Shown: positions 47,507 through 60,215, counted from the first letter of the stretch. The stretch: 64,000 bases of DNA from Candidatus Marinacidobacterium sp. (GCA_965220965.1 OZ244852.1:1824001-1888000), one strand, 5' to 3'. A program made the numbers and translations. The notes: generated by a model not told the origin, from the letters alone.

Positions 47507-49746
47507 CGCCGCCGGAGGGGGTCCCGGGACTCGCGGACGCGCTGGCGGCGGGGCTCACCGAGGACGAGTACCGCGCGATCGGCGCCCGGCTGGGCCGCAG
47601 CCCGAACGCCGCCGAACTCGGGATGTTCTCGGCGATGTGGTCCGAGCACTGTTCCTACAAGTCCTCGAGGAGGGTGCTCGCCGGCTTCCCGACCGAAGGC
47701 CCGCGGGTTCTCCAGGGGCCCGGCGAGAACGCCGGCGCGGTGTCGCTGGGACACGGGCTCGCGGCGGTCTTCAAGGTGGAGTCGCACAACCATCCCACCT
47801 TCATCGAGCCCTTCCAGGGCGCGGCCACCGGGGTCGGCGGGATTCTGCGGGACATCTTCACGATGGGCGCGCGGCCGGTAGCGCTCATGAACTCGCTGCG
47901 TTTCGGACCGCTGGAGGTGGCGAACAACCGCGCGCTGCTGGCGGGGGCGGTGGCGGGGATCGCCAACTACGGCAACAGCATGGGCATCCCCACGGTGGGA
48001 GGCGAGGTCGCCTTCGAGGACTGCTACACGCTGAACCCGCTGGTGAACGCCTTCGCGCTCGGGGTGGCGCCGGTGGACCGGATCTTCCTGGCGCGCGCCG
48101 ACGACCCCGGCGACACCGTGTTCTGCGTCGGAGCGAAGACCGGGCGCGACGGGATCCACGGCGCCTCGATGGCGTCCGCCGAATTCGACGAGGAGGCCGA
48201 GGCGAAACGCCCCACCGTCCAGGTCGGGGACCCCTTTCTCGAGAAGCTGCTGATGGAGGCCTGTCTCGAGCTGATGCGCGGCGACGCGCTCGCCGGCATC
48301 CAGGACATGGGCGCGGCGGGGCTCACCTGCTCGACGGCCGAAATGGCGTCGCGCGGGGGAACCGGGATCGAGCTGGATCTGGACCGCGCGCCCCAGCGCG
48401 AGTCGGGAATGTCCGCCTACGAACTCCTGCTCTCGGAGTCCCAGGAACGGATGCTCCTGGTGGTGCGGCGGGGCCGCGAACAGGACGTGGAGCGGGTCTT
48501 CGAGCGGTGGAACCTGGACGCCTCGTCCGTCGGACGGATCACCGGGGACGGGCTGCTGCGCGTCCGCCATCGCGGTGAGGAAGTGGCGGCGGTCCCGTGC
48601 CGGGCTCTGACCGACGAGGCGCCCGTCTACGACCGACCGCACGCCGTCCCGGACGGCTTTCCCGTAGCGGAAGTGCGGGGCGGCGACCTGCCGGAACCGG
48701 TCGACTGGGGGGGCGCCGTCATGCGGCTCGCGGGCTCGGTGGGCCTGGCCTCCCGCCGGCACGTCTACGAGCAGTACGACCACATGGTCCGCAGCGACAC
48801 CGTGGCCCGTCCCGGCGCCGACGCCGGCGTCGTCCGGATCAAGGGGCTGCCGCTCGGGATCGCGATGACGCTCGACGGGAACGGGCGCTACACCGCGGCG
48901 GACCCGCGCCGGGGCGGCGCGCTCGCCGTCTCCGAAGCCTGCCGGAACCTGGCCGCGGTGGGGGCCGTCCCGGTGGGCGCCACGAACTGCCTGAACTTCG
49001 GGAACCCGGAGAAACCGGAGGTCATGTGGCGGTTCCGGGAGGCGGTCCGGGGCATGACCGAGGCCCTCGAGGCGTTCGCGGTCCCGATCACCGGCGGGAA
49101 CGTGAGCTTCTACAACGAGACCGATGGCGAGGGCATCTTCCCCACGCCGGTGGTGGGAGTCGTTGGCGTCCTCGAAGACGTCTCCCGGGTCGTTCGGCAG
49201 CACTTCCGCGAGCCGGGGGACCGGGTGTTCCTGCTCGGGCCAAAGGCGCCCGACGCGCTTGGAGCGAGCGAGTACCTCAAGGTCTTCCACGGGCGGACCG
49301 ACGGACGCCCGCCGGCGCCGGACCTCGAAGCGGAAATCCGGCTCGGCCGGCTGCTGCGGGCCGCCGCCGCCCGGGAGCTCACCCGCTCGGCCCGGGATCT
49401 CTCCGAGGGCGGGCTGGCGCAGGCGGCGGTGGAGTCGCTCTTCGCCCCCGACGGAGGGCGCATCGGCGCCACCCTCGCCATCGATCCGGCGGTTCCCGCC
49501 GCCTCCGCGCTCTTCGGCGAGGCGCCCGCCCGCGCGCTGGTGAGCGTCCACCCCCGGGACGCCGACGCCCTCGGCGACCTCGCGGAACGCCACGGCGTGG
49601 CGATCGCTCCGCTCGGAACGGTGGGGGGAGACGAGCTCACGCTTCGCCTGAACGGCGTCGAGGCCGCGCGCCTCCCGCTCGAGCCGCTCGCCGACGCCTT
49701 CTTCCACAGCCTGGCCCGCGCCGCCGCCGTCGAGGGAGCAAAATAG
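47503..49746 (+). CDS. purL: FGAM synthase subunit PurL
   Basis: [30 protein letters not shown] and GGNVSFYN. Confidence 0.96.
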   Translation: MTPPEGVPGLADALAAGLTEDEYRAIGARLGRSPNAAELGMFSAMWSEHCSYKSSRRVLAGFPTEGPRVLQGPGENAGAVSLGHGLAAVFKVESHNHPTFIEPFQGAATGVGGILRDIFTMGARPVALMNSLRFGPLEVANNRALLAGAVAGIANYGNSMGIPTVGGEVAFEDCYTLNPLVNAFALGVAPVDRIFLARADDPGDTVFCVGAKTGRDGIHGASMASAEFDEEAEAKRPTVQVGDPFLEKLLMEACLELMRGDALAGIQDMGAAGLTCSTAEMASRGGTGIELDLDRAPQRESGMSAYELLLSESQERMLLVVRRGREQDVERVFERWNLDASSVGRITGDGLLRVRHRGEEVAAVPCRALTDEAPVYDRPHAVPDGFPVAEVRGGDLPEPVDWGGAVMRLAGSVGLASRRHVYEQYDHMVRSDTVARPGADAGVVRIKGLPLGIAMTLDGNGRYTAADPRRGGALAVSEACRNLAAVGAVPVGATNCLNFGNPEKPEVMWRFREAVRGMTEALEAFAVPITGGNVSFYNETDGEGIFPTPVVGVVGVLEDVSRVVRQHFREPGDRVFLLGPKAPDALGASEYLKVFHGRTDGRPPAPDLEAEIRLGRLLRAAAARELTRSARDLSEGGLAQAAVESLFAPDGGRIGATLAIDPAVPAASALFGEAPARALVSVHPRDADALGDLAERHGVAIAPLGTVGGDELTLRLNGVEAARLPLEPLADAFFHSLARAAAVEGAK

Positions 49747-49846
49747 GCGGCTCGCGACCCGATTTGCTCCCCATGCGGCGCCGGCCCACGCGCCGACCGG
49801 TCGTGGCTCGCGAGATCCCCCGTCCGCCCGGGGAAGGAGATGCGGC

Positions 49847-51289
<1,443 letters not shown>

Positions 51290-51323
51290 GGAGCCCCGGA
51301 ATCCGCTGAGGGGCCCGGACGGA

Positions 51324-54164
51324 CTACAGCGGGGCGCCTTCGGCGTCCACCCGGCGCACCGGACCGACGGCGAGTCCCCCGAGTTCGGGTTCGAGCCGTT
51401 CGGCGTCACCCACCACGACCAGCGCGCCGCCCTCCACGCCGAGCCAGGCGTTCGCGGCGGCCGCCACTTCCTCGGGGGTGACCGCCTCGATCAGCCCGGC
51501 GTAGTCCCGGATCCAGGAGAGCTCGTCGCCGCGGCGGATCGTCCCGGTGATGACCCCGAGAACCCCGCCGAGCGTCTCGAAGCTCTGGGCGTAGCCGCGC
51601 ACCAGCGACTTCTTCGCTTCGGCGAGCTCGCCCTTGCGGACCGGGCGGCGCCCGGAAGCGAGCGCGTCGACTTCGCCCAGAAGCTCCCGGACACCCTCGG
51701 CGGCCCGGTCGAGGTTCAGGGAGGCGGAAGCGGTGAGCAGCGAGCCCTGCGCGAACTGGCGGGACCCGGCGAAGGCGCCGTAGGTGGCGCCCATCCGCTC
51801 GCGGAGGTTGAGATTCAGCCGGCTGGAGAAACCCCCGCCGAGAATCGTGAGCGCGAGGCGTAGGGCGTAGCGCTCGGGGATCCCCCGGGGGGGGCCCGGC
51901 TTCCGCCAGGTCACGACCGCCTGCGGTCCCGGGCGCTCCATCCCGTGAAGCAGCACGCCCGGCGCCGCGGACGGCGGCCGGGGGGCGGCGCGCGGCGCCT
52001 CGCCGGCGCCCTCGCCCCAACTCGCCAGCACGCGCGCGAACGCCGCCTCGGCCTCCTCGGGATCCAGATCGCCGCAAGCCACCAGGAAAGGCGCCGGAGC
52101 GGGTCCGGTGGGGGCGAAGCGGGCGCGGTGGTAACCCACCAGGTCCGCCGGCGTGATCCGGGGCAGCGATTCCTCGTCGCCGCGCCAGCCATAGGGGTGC
52201 GCGTCGGAGAAGGCGCTCCGGCGGGCGATGCGCCGGGCGATGGAGGTCGGGTTCGCCCGCGCCTGCTTCAGGGCGTCGAGGCGCACCGGGGTGACGCGGC
52301 CGAGCTCCTCCTCATCGAACGCGGGGTTCTGAAGGAAATCCGCGGCGAGCCCGAGCGTCCGGTCGAAGTGCTCGGTGAGCCCCGACAGGTGGACCCCCAG
52401 CCATTCGGACCCGGCCGCCGCGTTGACCGAAGCGCCCATGCGGTCCGCCTCCGCCTCGAACTCCCGCGCGCTGCGCGTCGTCGTGCCGCGCCCGAGCATC
52501 TCCGCGGTCACCCCGGCGAGACCGGCGAGCCGGCGGGGCTCGTCCACCCTCCCTCCCGGGAGACTCAGCGTCGCGACGAAGTGGGGCAGATCCCGCCGGG
52601 GGAGCACGTACATCGGCATGCCGGGGCCGATGCGCCGCGCCTCGGGCAGCGGCGAGAGGAACGTGGGCGCCCGCCCGCGACGCGGGGGTCGGCGCCGGTC
52701 CGGTTCGGGGGGAAGCGCGACGCCCTCCGGGGCCGGCGAGTTCACCGGAGCGGTCCACGCCTCGGGGCCGACCGGCGAGGGGTCCACCGGCGCCTCTCCC
52801 GAAGCCGACGGGTCCCCGTAGAGGAGCTCGACCCGGGGGGCCAGGAGGTACTGGCGCGCGACGCGACGGACGTCCTCGGCCGTCACCTGGCGAAACCGCT
52901 CCCAGTCCTCCGAAAGCTTGCCCGGGTCGCCCAGGTAGGTGGTGTAGCGGGCGAGCAGGTCCGCCTTGGTGGCGAGCCGCTCGAGGCCCGCGAGGAAGGC
53001 CACCTGGGCGCCGGCCTTCGCCCGCGCCAGCTCGTCCTCCGTCGGGCCCTCCTCCACGATCCGGGCGATTTCCTCATCCATCTGTTCCCGCAGCCGGTCC
53101 AGCCCGGTTCCGGGACGGGCCGTCGCGACGACTCCGGAGATCCCGGCGCCGCGCATGGCGTGGTGGAAGGCGCCGACCTGGGAGGCCGTCCGGTCCTCGT
53201 AGACCATCCGGCGGACCAGCCGGGAGTTCAGCCCGTCGGAGAGGACATCCGAGAGCATGTCGAGCGGCGCCTCGTCGGGGTGGAAGAAGGGGGTGGCGGG
53301 CCACGCCGCATAGAGGCGCGCCTGGGGAACCTCCTCCGGAACGAGGATCCGGCGGGTTTCGCTGAGCCCTGGCGGCCGGAACGCCGGACGCCCCGGCGAG
53401 GGTCCGGGCGGAATGGGGCCGAAGTAGCGCCGGATCAGCTCCCGCGCGCGCCGCCGGTCGAAGTCGCCGGCGACGACCAGAACGGCGTTGTTCGGGATGT
53501 ACCAGGCGCGGAAGAAGTCATGGACCTCCCCGAGATCCGCCGCCTCGAGATGGGCCATGTCCCCGATGACGTCCCAGGAGTAGGGGTGGCCGGGGGGAAA
53601 CAGCGTCCGGAACAGGATCTCCCAGGCCGTGCCGTAGGGCACGTTGTCCATCCGCTGGAAACGCTCGTTGCGGACGACCTCGCGCTGGGTGTCCAGTTTC
53701 GACTGGTCCAGCACATCGAGCAGGTAGGACATCCGGTCCGACTCGGCCCACAGCACCAGCCCGAGCGCCTCCCGAGGGACGGTCTCGTAGTAGTTCGTGC
53801 GGTCGTGGCTCGTCGTGCCGTTGACGCCCCCGGCGGAGAGGCTCGCGCCGGCCTTCTCCATGAGCCGGATGAAGTGCCGGTTGTTGTGGCGGGAGCCCTC
53901 GAACATGAGGTGCTCGAACAGGTGGGCGAAACCGGTCCGCCACGGCCGCTCGTTGGCCGACCCCACGTGGTACCAGAGCGCCACGTGAACCACCGGGAGG
54001 CGCCGGTCCTCGTGGAACAGGACGCGGAGACCGTTGTCGAGCGTCCACCGGGTCGAGGGGACCGACACCGACGCCGCCATGGACGCCACCGCGGCCTCCG
54101 CGGCGGCGACCGATCCGGGGGCGTCGGCGCGCCCGAATCCGGCGGCGGGGGGACGAAGCGGCAC
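51324..54164 (-). CDS. M16 family zinc peptidase (four-domain, pitrilysin-like)
   Basis: HLFEH inverzincin motif, NGTT..DRTNYYE and LRE..G.TYG. Alternative start at 54080. Confidence 0.9.
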   Translation of the reverse strand: MPLRPPAAGFGRADAPGSVAAAEAAVASMAASVSVPSTRWTLDNGLRVLFHEDRRLPVVHVALWYHVGSANERPWRTGFAHLFEHLMFEGSRHNNRHFIRLMEKAGASLSAGGVNGTTSHDRTNYYETVPREALGLVLWAESDRMSYLLDVLDQSKLDTQREVVRNERFQRMDNVPYGTAWEILFRTLFPPGHPYSWDVIGDMAHLEAADLGEVHDFFRAWYIPNNAVLVVAGDFDRRRARELIRRYFGPIPPGPSPGRPAFRPPGLSETRRILVPEEVPQARLYAAWPATPFFHPDEAPLDMLSDVLSDGLNSRLVRRMVYEDRTASQVGAFHHAMRGAGISGVVATARPGTGLDRLREQMDEEIARIVEEGPTEDELARAKAGAQVAFLAGLERLATKADLLARYTTYLGDPGKLSEDWERFRQVTAEDVRRVARQYLLAPRVELLYGDPSASGEAPVDPSPVGPEAWTAPVNSPAPEGVALPPEPDRRRPPRRGRAPTFLSPLPEARRIGPGMPMYVLPRRDLPHFVATLSLPGGRVDEPRRLAGLAGVTAEMLGRGTTTRSAREFEAEADRMGASVNAAAGSEWLGVHLSGLTEHFDRTLGLAADFLQNPAFDEEELGRVTPVRLDALKQARANPTSIARRIARRSAFSDAHPYGWRGDEESLPRITPADLVGYHRARFAPTGPAPAPFLVACGDLDPEEAEAAFARVLASWGEGAGEAPRAAPRPPSAAPGVLLHGMERPGPQAVVTWRKPGPPRGIPERYALRLALTILGGGFSSRLNLNLRERMGATYGAFAGSRQFAQGSLLTASASLNLDRAAEGVRELLGEVDALASGRRPVRKGELAEAKKSLVRGYAQSFETLGGVLGVITGTIRRGDELSWIRDYAGLIEAVTPEEVAAAANAWLGVEGGALVVVGDAERLEPELGGLAVGPVRRVDAEGAPL

Positions 54165-54222
54165 GGGCGGCGGGCAATATACTGCGGGTCCGGCTGCTGC
54201 TGGCGGTCTTCATTTTCTGGTC

Positions 54223-55398
54223 TTGTTGCGAACGGCGGGGCGGGCTGCTTCCCCGGGGCGTCCGGGGTTCGCCGGATGGCGTCGGGCGGCGGCGTTCGCC
54301 GTGGCCGCCTTCGGGGTCAGCGGAGCAGCGGAGGCCCAGCTCTTCACCGCGGATCGCCCGGTGGAGGCGATGGCGGGCAAGCAGGTGGTCTTCGAGACGA
54401 CGCACGGGACGTTCGTGGTCGAGGTCCTGCCGGAGAAGGCCCCGAATCACGCCGCCTTCTTCCTTCTCCAGGCCGAGGGGGGGAACTACGACGGGACCGC
54501 GTTCCACCGGGTGATCGCAAGGGGCATCGTCCAGGGCGGCGACCCGGTGACGAAGGATCCGGATGCGGTGGCCGACTACGGGACGGGCGGTTTGCTCCGG
54601 CTGGCGCGGGAGCCGAACGACGAGTCGCACGCGCGGGGCGCGGTGTCCGCGGTCCAGGTTCCGGGGCAACCCGACAGCGCCGGCTCGCAGTTCTTCTGCG
54701 TGATCACCGACCAGCCCGGCCTCGACGGGCTCTACACCGTGTTCGGACGGGTCGTCGAGGGGATGCGGCCACTGACCCGCATCTCGGAACTCCCGGCGGA
54801 CGAGAACGGCCTTCCCGCCGAACGGGTCGAGATCCTCCGCGCCACGGTGCGCGACCGGCCTCCGGAGGTCGCGCCTCCGTTCACCGACGAGCCGGACGCC
54901 GAACTCGCCGACTGGCGCGTCGTTCTGGAGACGCCTTTCGGAGAGATCGGGATCGAGGTCTTCCCCGAGGTCGCCCCCAACCACGCCCGCAACTTCCTCC
55001 GGCTGGCGGCGCTCGGCGCCTACGACGGAACCGCGTTCCACCGGGTCGTTCCCGGGTTCATGGTCCAGACCGGATGGATGGAGACCCGGGCGCCTGAGAT
55101 TTCGGAGACCCTGGAGCGCCACATCGTGAATCTCGCCCCCGAGTTCAACGACCGGCCCCACATCCCGGGAGCGGTGTCCATGGCGCGACTGGAGGCCCTC
55201 GACAGCGCGACGACCAGCTTCTTCATCATGACCGGCGAGGCCCCGGCGCTCGACGGGGAATACACCGTCTTCGGCGAGGTTGTCTCCGGCTACGAGGCGG
55301 TCGAGGCCATTTCGGCGCTCCCGGCGGGCGAGGACGAGGCGCCGCTCGAGCGGATCGCCATTCTCCGGGCGCGGGTGGAGCGGGCGCCGGCCCGGTGA
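54223..55398 (+). CDS. Secreted tandem cyclophilin-type peptidyl-prolyl isomerase
   Basis: Two copies of AP.H..F, YDGTAFHRV, S.FF and LDG.YTVFG.V; start position approximate. Confidence 0.88.
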   Translation: MLRTAGRAASPGRPGFAGWRRAAAFAVAAFGVSGAAEAQLFTADRPVEAMAGKQVVFETTHGTFVVEVLPEKAPNHAAFFLLQAEGGNYDGTAFHRVIARGIVQGGDPVTKDPDAVADYGTGGLLRLAREPNDESHARGAVSAVQVPGQPDSAGSQFFCVITDQPGLDGLYTVFGRVVEGMRPLTRISELPADENGLPAERVEILRATVRDRPPEVAPPFTDEPDAELADWRVVLETPFGEIGIEVFPEVAPNHARNFLRLAALGAYDGTAFHRVVPGFMVQTGWMETRAPEISETLERHIVNLAPEFNDRPHIPGAVSMARLEALDSATTSFFIMTGEAPALDGEYTVFGEVVSGYEAVEAISALPAGEDEAPLERIAILRARVERAPAR

Positions 55399-56411
55399 GC
55401 GCGGGAGACCGGCCGGGGGCGAACGGCCCCCTGGATGTCGCGATCGTGGGCGCCGGCCCCTCCGGGCTCGCCACCGCGATCGAGTGCCAGCGCCGCGGCC
55501 TGCGCGCCGAGATCTTCGAAAAGGGCGCGCTGGTGAACTCGATCCGGCGTTTCCCGGTGGACATGATCTTCTTCACCACGCCGGACCTGCTCGAGATCGG
55601 TGGGATGCCGCTGGTGTGCCTTCGGGAAAAGCCGTCCCGCTCCGAGGCGCTCACCTACTACCGCAAGGTGGCCGTCTGCTACGACCTCCGGCCGCGGCTG
55701 TTCACCCGGGTGTCGCGCGTTGTCCGCCGGGAGGGCGGCTTCACCCTTCACCTCGAAAGCCGCCGCCAGGGGATTCCGGATCCGCCTCCGGTCACCGCGC
55801 GGAACCTGGTCCTCGCCATCGGCTATTTCGACAATCCGAACCGTCTCGGGGTTCCCGGCGAGGAGCTGGACAAGGTGAGTCCGCGGTACGTGGAGACGCA
55901 CGGGTACTTCGGATCCCGGGTCGCGGTCATCGGCGGCGGAAATGGCGCGGCGGTCGCGGCGCTGGATCTCTATCGCGCCGGCGTGGACGTCACCCTCATC
56001 CACCGGGGGGAGGCGCTCTCGTCCAACCTGAAGTACTGGGTGAGACCGGACATCGAGAACCGGATCGCGCGGAACGAGATTTCCTGCCGCCTCGGCAGCG
56101 TGGTGGAGGAGATCCGTCCGGACTCGCTCCTCCTGCGCGATGGCGGCGGCGCGCGCAGCGAGGTCCCGAACGACTTCGTGCTCCCGCTGATCGGATACCG
56201 GCCCGACTACCGGTTCCTGGAACGCCTCGGCGTTCGCAGCGTGGGCCCGGACCGGACGCCGGTGACGGACCCGGAGAGCTACGCGACCGAAGTGCCCGGG
56301 CTCTATCTTGCGGGAGGGATCGTGGCCGGACTGCGAACGAACCGGATCTTCATCGAGAACGGGCGCCTTCACGGCGAGTCGATCGTCCGGCACATCGCCC
56401 GGGAGCGGTGA
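55395..56411 (+). CDS. ypdA: YpdA-family FAD oxidoreductase (putative bacillithiol disulfide reductase)
   Basis: GAGPSG, EKGALVNSI, FFTTPDLLEIG, KYWVRPDIENRI and FIENGRLH. Confidence 0.85.
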   Translation: MSAGDRPGANGPLDVAIVGAGPSGLATAIECQRRGLRAEIFEKGALVNSIRRFPVDMIFFTTPDLLEIGGMPLVCLREKPSRSEALTYYRKVAVCYDLRPRLFTRVSRVVRREGGFTLHLESRRQGIPDPPPVTARNLVLAIGYFDNPNRLGVPGEELDKVSPRYVETHGYFGSRVAVIGGGNGAAVAALDLYRAGVDVTLIHRGEALSSNLKYWVRPDIENRIARNEISCRLGSVVEEIRPDSLLLRDGGGARSEVPNDFVLPLIGYRPDYRFLERLGVRSVGPDRTPVTDPESYATEVPGLYLAGGIVAGLRTNRIFIENGRLHGESIVRHIARER

Positions 56412-58159
56412 CGAAGCCGGCGGGATCGGCCGGAGGGTCGGCGCCGCGGCGCGGCCTTCCCCGCCGCGAGTTCGTGGGCGCCCTCGCCGGCGCCACACTG
56501 GCGGCGACCGGTCGCCGGTCGAGCGCGGCCGGGCCCGCGCCACTCGACTGGCGGATCCGGGGGGCGCTCGTCGTGGACGGCTCGGGGGCGGCTGGCGGCA
56601 TCGCCGACCTCGGGATCCGCGACGGGAAGTTCGCGCCCGCCGAGGGCCCCGCCCGGCGTGAAATCGACGGGGCCGGGCTGGTGGCGGCGCCCGGGTTCAT
56701 CGACCTCCACTCGCACGGGGATCTGGTCCTGCAGCTCCCCGGACCGGAGCGGTCGCGGTGGATCGCGGGGCGGCTGGCGCAGGGGATCACGACCGAGATC
56801 ATCGGGAACTGCGGGCTGGGCGCGGCGCCGCTCTTCGGGGAAGCGCGGGAGCTCGCGCCCGGCGTCCACGCGTGGATGACCCCGGAGGGCGTCCGGTGGG
56901 AGTGGCGGACGCTCACCGACTACTTCGACCGCCTCGAGACGCTGGGGCTGCCGAACCACGTCGCCGCGCTGATCCCGCACGGCCTTCTCCGCCTGGGCGC
57001 CATGGGTCTGCGGCCGGGCCCACCGGATGCGGGGGAGCGCGCCGCGATGGAGCGGGCCCTGGATGATGCGCTCCGCGAGGGGGCGCTGGGCATGTCCTGC
57101 GGGCTGATCTATCCGCCCGGCATGTTCTCGGACACCTCCGAACTCGCGGATCTCGCCCGGCGCCTCGTTCCGACGGACGGCCTGTTCACCGCCCATATCC
57201 GCGGCTCGAGCGAGACGCTCGGACCCGCCGTCGAGGAACTGCTGGAGATCGGGCGGACAACCGGCGCGCGGGTCCATCACAGCCACGCCGAAGCGGTCGG
57301 CCGGTCCCACTGGGGCGGGCTCGCCAGGCTTCTCGAGCGTGAACAGGAAGCGCGCCGCGCCGGGGTCCGCGTCTCCGCCGACATGTTCCCGTACCCGGTG
57401 GCGGCGACGATGATGTACGCCATCTATCCGCCGTGGGCGCTCGACGGCGGGACCGCCGCCCTGCTGGAGCGGCTCGCGGACCCGGCGAGCCGCGACCGGA
57501 TCCGGGAGGCGATCGGGACCCACAGCCCCGATTGGCCGCCCTGGCGGCCCGGAGGCTGGCCTCACAACCTGGTGGGCGCGGTCGGATGGGAGGGGATCCG
57601 GGTGGCGAGCGTCGGCGGCGCCGGGCGCGATGACGCCGTCGGACTGTCGCTCGCCGAGCTCGGCGCGGCGCGCGGGAGGCCGCCGTTCGACGCCATCTCC
57701 GATCTGATGCTGGAGGCCGGGGGCGCCGTCGGGCAGTTCGTGCTGGACATCAGCGGGGAGGACGGCCTGCGGGCGCTCGCCGCCGACCCCTCGGTCGCGT
57801 TCATCACCGATGCGAACGACTACGGTCTCGGCTCTCCCCACCCCGCCGCCTACGGAGCGTTTCCCCGCGTGCTGCGCCGGTATGTGCGGGAGGAGGGGCT
57901 CCTGTCGCTCGAGGAAGCCATCCGGCGCATGACCTCGCTCCCGGCGGAGATCGCCGGCCTGTCCGACCGGGGTCGCATCCGTTCCGGCTGGCCGGCCGAC
58001 CTCGTCCTGTTCGACCCGGGCCGGATCCACGACCGGGCGACCCTGGAGGATCCGCGCCAGCGGGCCGAAGGGATTCGGGCCACCTTCGTGAACGGCGAGC
58101 CCGTCACCTGGGACGGTCAGCTCACCGGCGCCCTGCCCGGCCGGGTTCTAAGGCGCTAG
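56408..58159 (+). CDS. N-acyl-D-amino-acid deacylase family protein with Tat signal
   Basis: PRREFV twin-arginine motif; APGFIDLHSH, QGITTEIIGNCG, PHPAAYGAFPR and ADLVLFDP. Confidence 0.88.
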   Translation: MTKPAGSAGGSAPRRGLPRREFVGALAGATLAATGRRSSAAGPAPLDWRIRGALVVDGSGAAGGIADLGIRDGKFAPAEGPARREIDGAGLVAAPGFIDLHSHGDLVLQLPGPERSRWIAGRLAQGITTEIIGNCGLGAAPLFGEARELAPGVHAWMTPEGVRWEWRTLTDYFDRLETLGLPNHVAALIPHGLLRLGAMGLRPGPPDAGERAAMERALDDALREGALGMSCGLIYPPGMFSDTSELADLARRLVPTDGLFTAHIRGSSETLGPAVEELLEIGRTTGARVHHSHAEAVGRSHWGGLARLLEREQEARRAGVRVSADMFPYPVAATMMYAIYPPWALDGGTAALLERLADPASRDRIREAIGTHSPDWPPWRPGGWPHNLVGAVGWEGIRVASVGGAGRDDAVGLSLAELGAARGRPPFDAISDLMLEAGGAVGQFVLDISGEDGLRALAADPSVAFITDANDYGLGSPHPAAYGAFPRVLRRYVREEGLLSLEEAIRRMTSLPAEIAGLSDRGRIRSGWPADLVLFDPGRIHDRATLEDPRQRAEGIRATFVNGEPVTWDGQLTGALPGRVLRR

Positions 58160-58188
58160 GCGGGATGGACTGCTAGCATTCTTTCCGA

Positions 58189-58452
58189 ATGGCCAACCGC
58201 TCCCGACAGACATTCCTGAAGCGTCGCAAGGAGAAGGAGCGGGCTGCGCGCCAGCGCGCCAAGGAGCTGCGCCGCCGGGAACGGTCGATCGAGAAGGCGA
58301 CCGAAGGACCCCGGGCGGCGGGCGCGCCGGACCCGGACATCGAGGGCATCACGCCGGGGCCCCAGGAGCCGGTGTGGAAGATGGCGGGCGTCCTGACCGA
58401 CGACGAGGTCGAAGCCCTCGAACTGGAAGAGCAGGAAGAGAAGGAAGCCTGA
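58189..58452 (+). CDS. Small hypothetical protein (basic N-terminus, acidic C-terminus)
   Basis: QTFLKRRKEKER..DPDIEGI.PGPQ; TAGCAT -10-like element shortly upstream. Confidence 0.65.
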   Translation: MANRSRQTFLKRRKEKERAARQRAKELRRRERSIEKATEGPRAAGAPDPDIEGITPGPQEPVWKMAGVLTDDEVEALELEEQEEKEA

Positions 58453-58506
58453 GGCGCCGGCCGGGCGTTCCGGCCGCGATGCGCCTCGTCGCCGCGAGCG
58501 GCGACT

Positions 58507-59034
58507 TCAGGACGGGAGCAGTTCGTGCGAGAGCATCCGGTCCCCGTCGAAGACGAAGCGGCCGGAGAAAGGCTCGTCCGCGAGAAGCAGCGGGAGCCAG
58601 ACGGCGTCGTCTTCCCACATCTGGTCGTAGGGAATGCGCTCCAGCGGCGCCCACAGCGGCGTCGCCTCGTCGGTTGCGCCGGGCTCCCCGGTGAAGCCGT
58701 CAGCGCGGAACACGTGGACATGGATCGAGTAGCCGTCCACGAACTGAAAGCGCAGCTCCCCGCCGAGGCGGACTCCGGTGGGGCGTATCCGCACCTCCTC
58801 CTCGGTTTCCCGGATGGCCGCCTCGAGCGGGGTCTCCCCGGGCTCGAGGCGGCCGCCGGGGCCGTTCACCTTGCCCTTGCCCAGACCCCGGTGCTTGCGG
58901 ATGAGGAGGATCCGCCCGCCGGTGACCACGAAGAGGAGCGTCGCCCGCTCCTCGGGGGTCCACCCCTCCCAGCGGAACCGGTCCAGGAACCCGGAGGCGT
59001 CCGGATTTCCCGGCCCGGATGCGCTTCCCGGCAA
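58507..59034 (-). CDS. Nudix hydrolase, 8-oxo-dGTP diphosphatase (MTH1-like)
   Basis: K.RGLG.GK.NGPGGRLEPGE...AAIRETEEE and IPYDQMWEDD. Confidence 0.85.
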   Translation of the reverse strand: MPGSASGPGNPDASGFLDRFRWEGWTPEERATLLFVVTGGRILLIRKHRGLGKGKVNGPGGRLEPGETPLEAAIRETEEEVRIRPTGVRLGGELRFQFVDGYSIHVHVFRADGFTGEPGATDEATPLWAPLERIPYDQMWEDDAVWLPLLLADEPFSGRFVFDGDRMLSHELLPS

Positions 59035-59035
59035 G

Positions 59036-60022
59036 TCAGGAGCGGTCCCACCCGACCCCGGAGAGCCGGCCCAGAACCGATCCTTCGCCTCGGCCGCCCC
59101 GACCGGTCTGGGGAGCGGCCTGGTGGATGCGTCCGGCCAGCCGGCTGAACGGGAGCGACTGGAGCCACACCCATCCCGGTCCGGTGAGGCTGGCGAAGAA
59201 GAAACCCTCCCCACCGAAGAGCGCGGACTTCACGCCGCCGACCATCTGGACGTCGTAGTCGACCGACGGGGCGAGCGCGACGAGGCAGCCGGTGTCCACC
59301 CGGAGGTTCTCCCCGGGGGCAAGCTCGCGCCGCTCGATCGTTCCCCCGGCGTGGAGGAAGGCCAGGCCGTCGCCTTCGACCGACTGCATGATGAAGCCTT
59401 CACCGCCGAAGAGCGCCGTTCCGATCCGCCGCTGGAAGGCGATGCCGATGGAGACGCCCTTGGCGCCACAGAGAAAGGCGTCCTTCTGGGCGACGACCCG
59501 CCCCCCCATGGTGGCGAGGTCCACCGGGATGATCTTTCCCGGGTAGGGCGAAGCGAACGCGACGTGCTGCTTGCCGGCCCCGCGGTTCACGAACTCGGTC
59601 ATGAACAGGCTCTCGCCGGTGAGCAGCCGCTTGCCCGCGCCGAGCAGCTTTTCCATGAAGCCGCTCTCCCCGCCGTCGCCGAAGATCGTCTTCATCTCGA
59701 CGCCGGCTGACATGTACATCATCGCCCCGGCTTCGGCGATCGCCCCCTCCCCGGGGTCGAGCTCCACCTCGACGAACTGCATCTCCTCCCCCACGACCCG
59801 GAAATCCACTTCGTGCATCCGACCCTTCCCGGGAGGCGGCGGCGGCGCGCCGTCGGCTGACCCGCCCAGGGACGCCGCCGGCCGCCAGTCCTGACTCCCC
59901 TGGCGACACACCTGGACTCCCCGGTCCCAGCGACCCGAGGAGAGGCCTCGCCGCACCTCGGACTCCGGGAAGGGGCCGAGAACCCGGCCCTCCTCCGCCA
60001 CGTACCAGTGGGATTCGGACAT
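59036..60022 (-). CDS. TIGR00266/AIM24 family protein with N-terminal GYF_2 domain
   Basis: WY..GPF N-terminal domain; AEAGAMMYM, LTGESLFMT, FGGEGF and QSLPFSRLA. Confidence 0.85.
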   Translation of the reverse strand: MSESHWYVAEEGRVLGPFPESEVRRGLSSGRWDRGVQVCRQGSQDWRPAASLGGSADGAPPPPPGKGRMHEVDFRVVGEEMQFVEVELDPGEGAIAEAGAMMYMSAGVEMKTIFGDGGESGFMEKLLGAGKRLLTGESLFMTEFVNRGAGKQHVAFASPYPGKIIPVDLATMGGRVVAQKDAFLCGAKGVSIGIAFQRRIGTALFGGEGFIMQSVEGDGLAFLHAGGTIERRELAPGENLRVDTGCLVALAPSVDYDVQMVGGVKSALFGGEGFFFASLTGPGWVWLQSLPFSRLAGRIHQAAPQTGRGGRGEGSVLGRLSGVGWDRS

Positions 60023-60062
60023 CAGCGTTCTCCCCGACGACGGGCTCGCCGAGCCCCGCCCG

Positions 60063-60215
60063 TCATATTCTCGCGCAGTGAAACAGCATCAGACCGGCGA
60101 GCGCCATGGCCGCGAGCAACACCGGGGCGAGCGCCAGCACCAGGTAGAGACGACGCGGAAGCGGCCGCGGTTCCAGGGGACTCTCCGGGCCAGGCTTCCC
60201 CGGGGAACCAGTCAC
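60063..60215 (-). CDS. Small single-TM protein (50 aa)
   Basis: MTGSPGKPGPESPLEPRPLPRRLYLVLALAPVLLAAMALAGLMLFHCARI*; TAGAGT lies 6 nt upstream of the GTG. Confidence 0.5.
   Translation of the reverse strand: MTGSPGKPGPESPLEPRPLPRRLYLVLALAPVLLAAMALAGLMLFHCARI

Noticed and set aside
55280-58159. Apparent large fusion proteins in the ORF track (959 aa here; also 7599-9746, 13846-15543, 39069-40742, 44556-46799)
   Set aside because: The N-terminal extensions are off-frame read-through of the upstream gene; true starts lie at NTGA overlaps.
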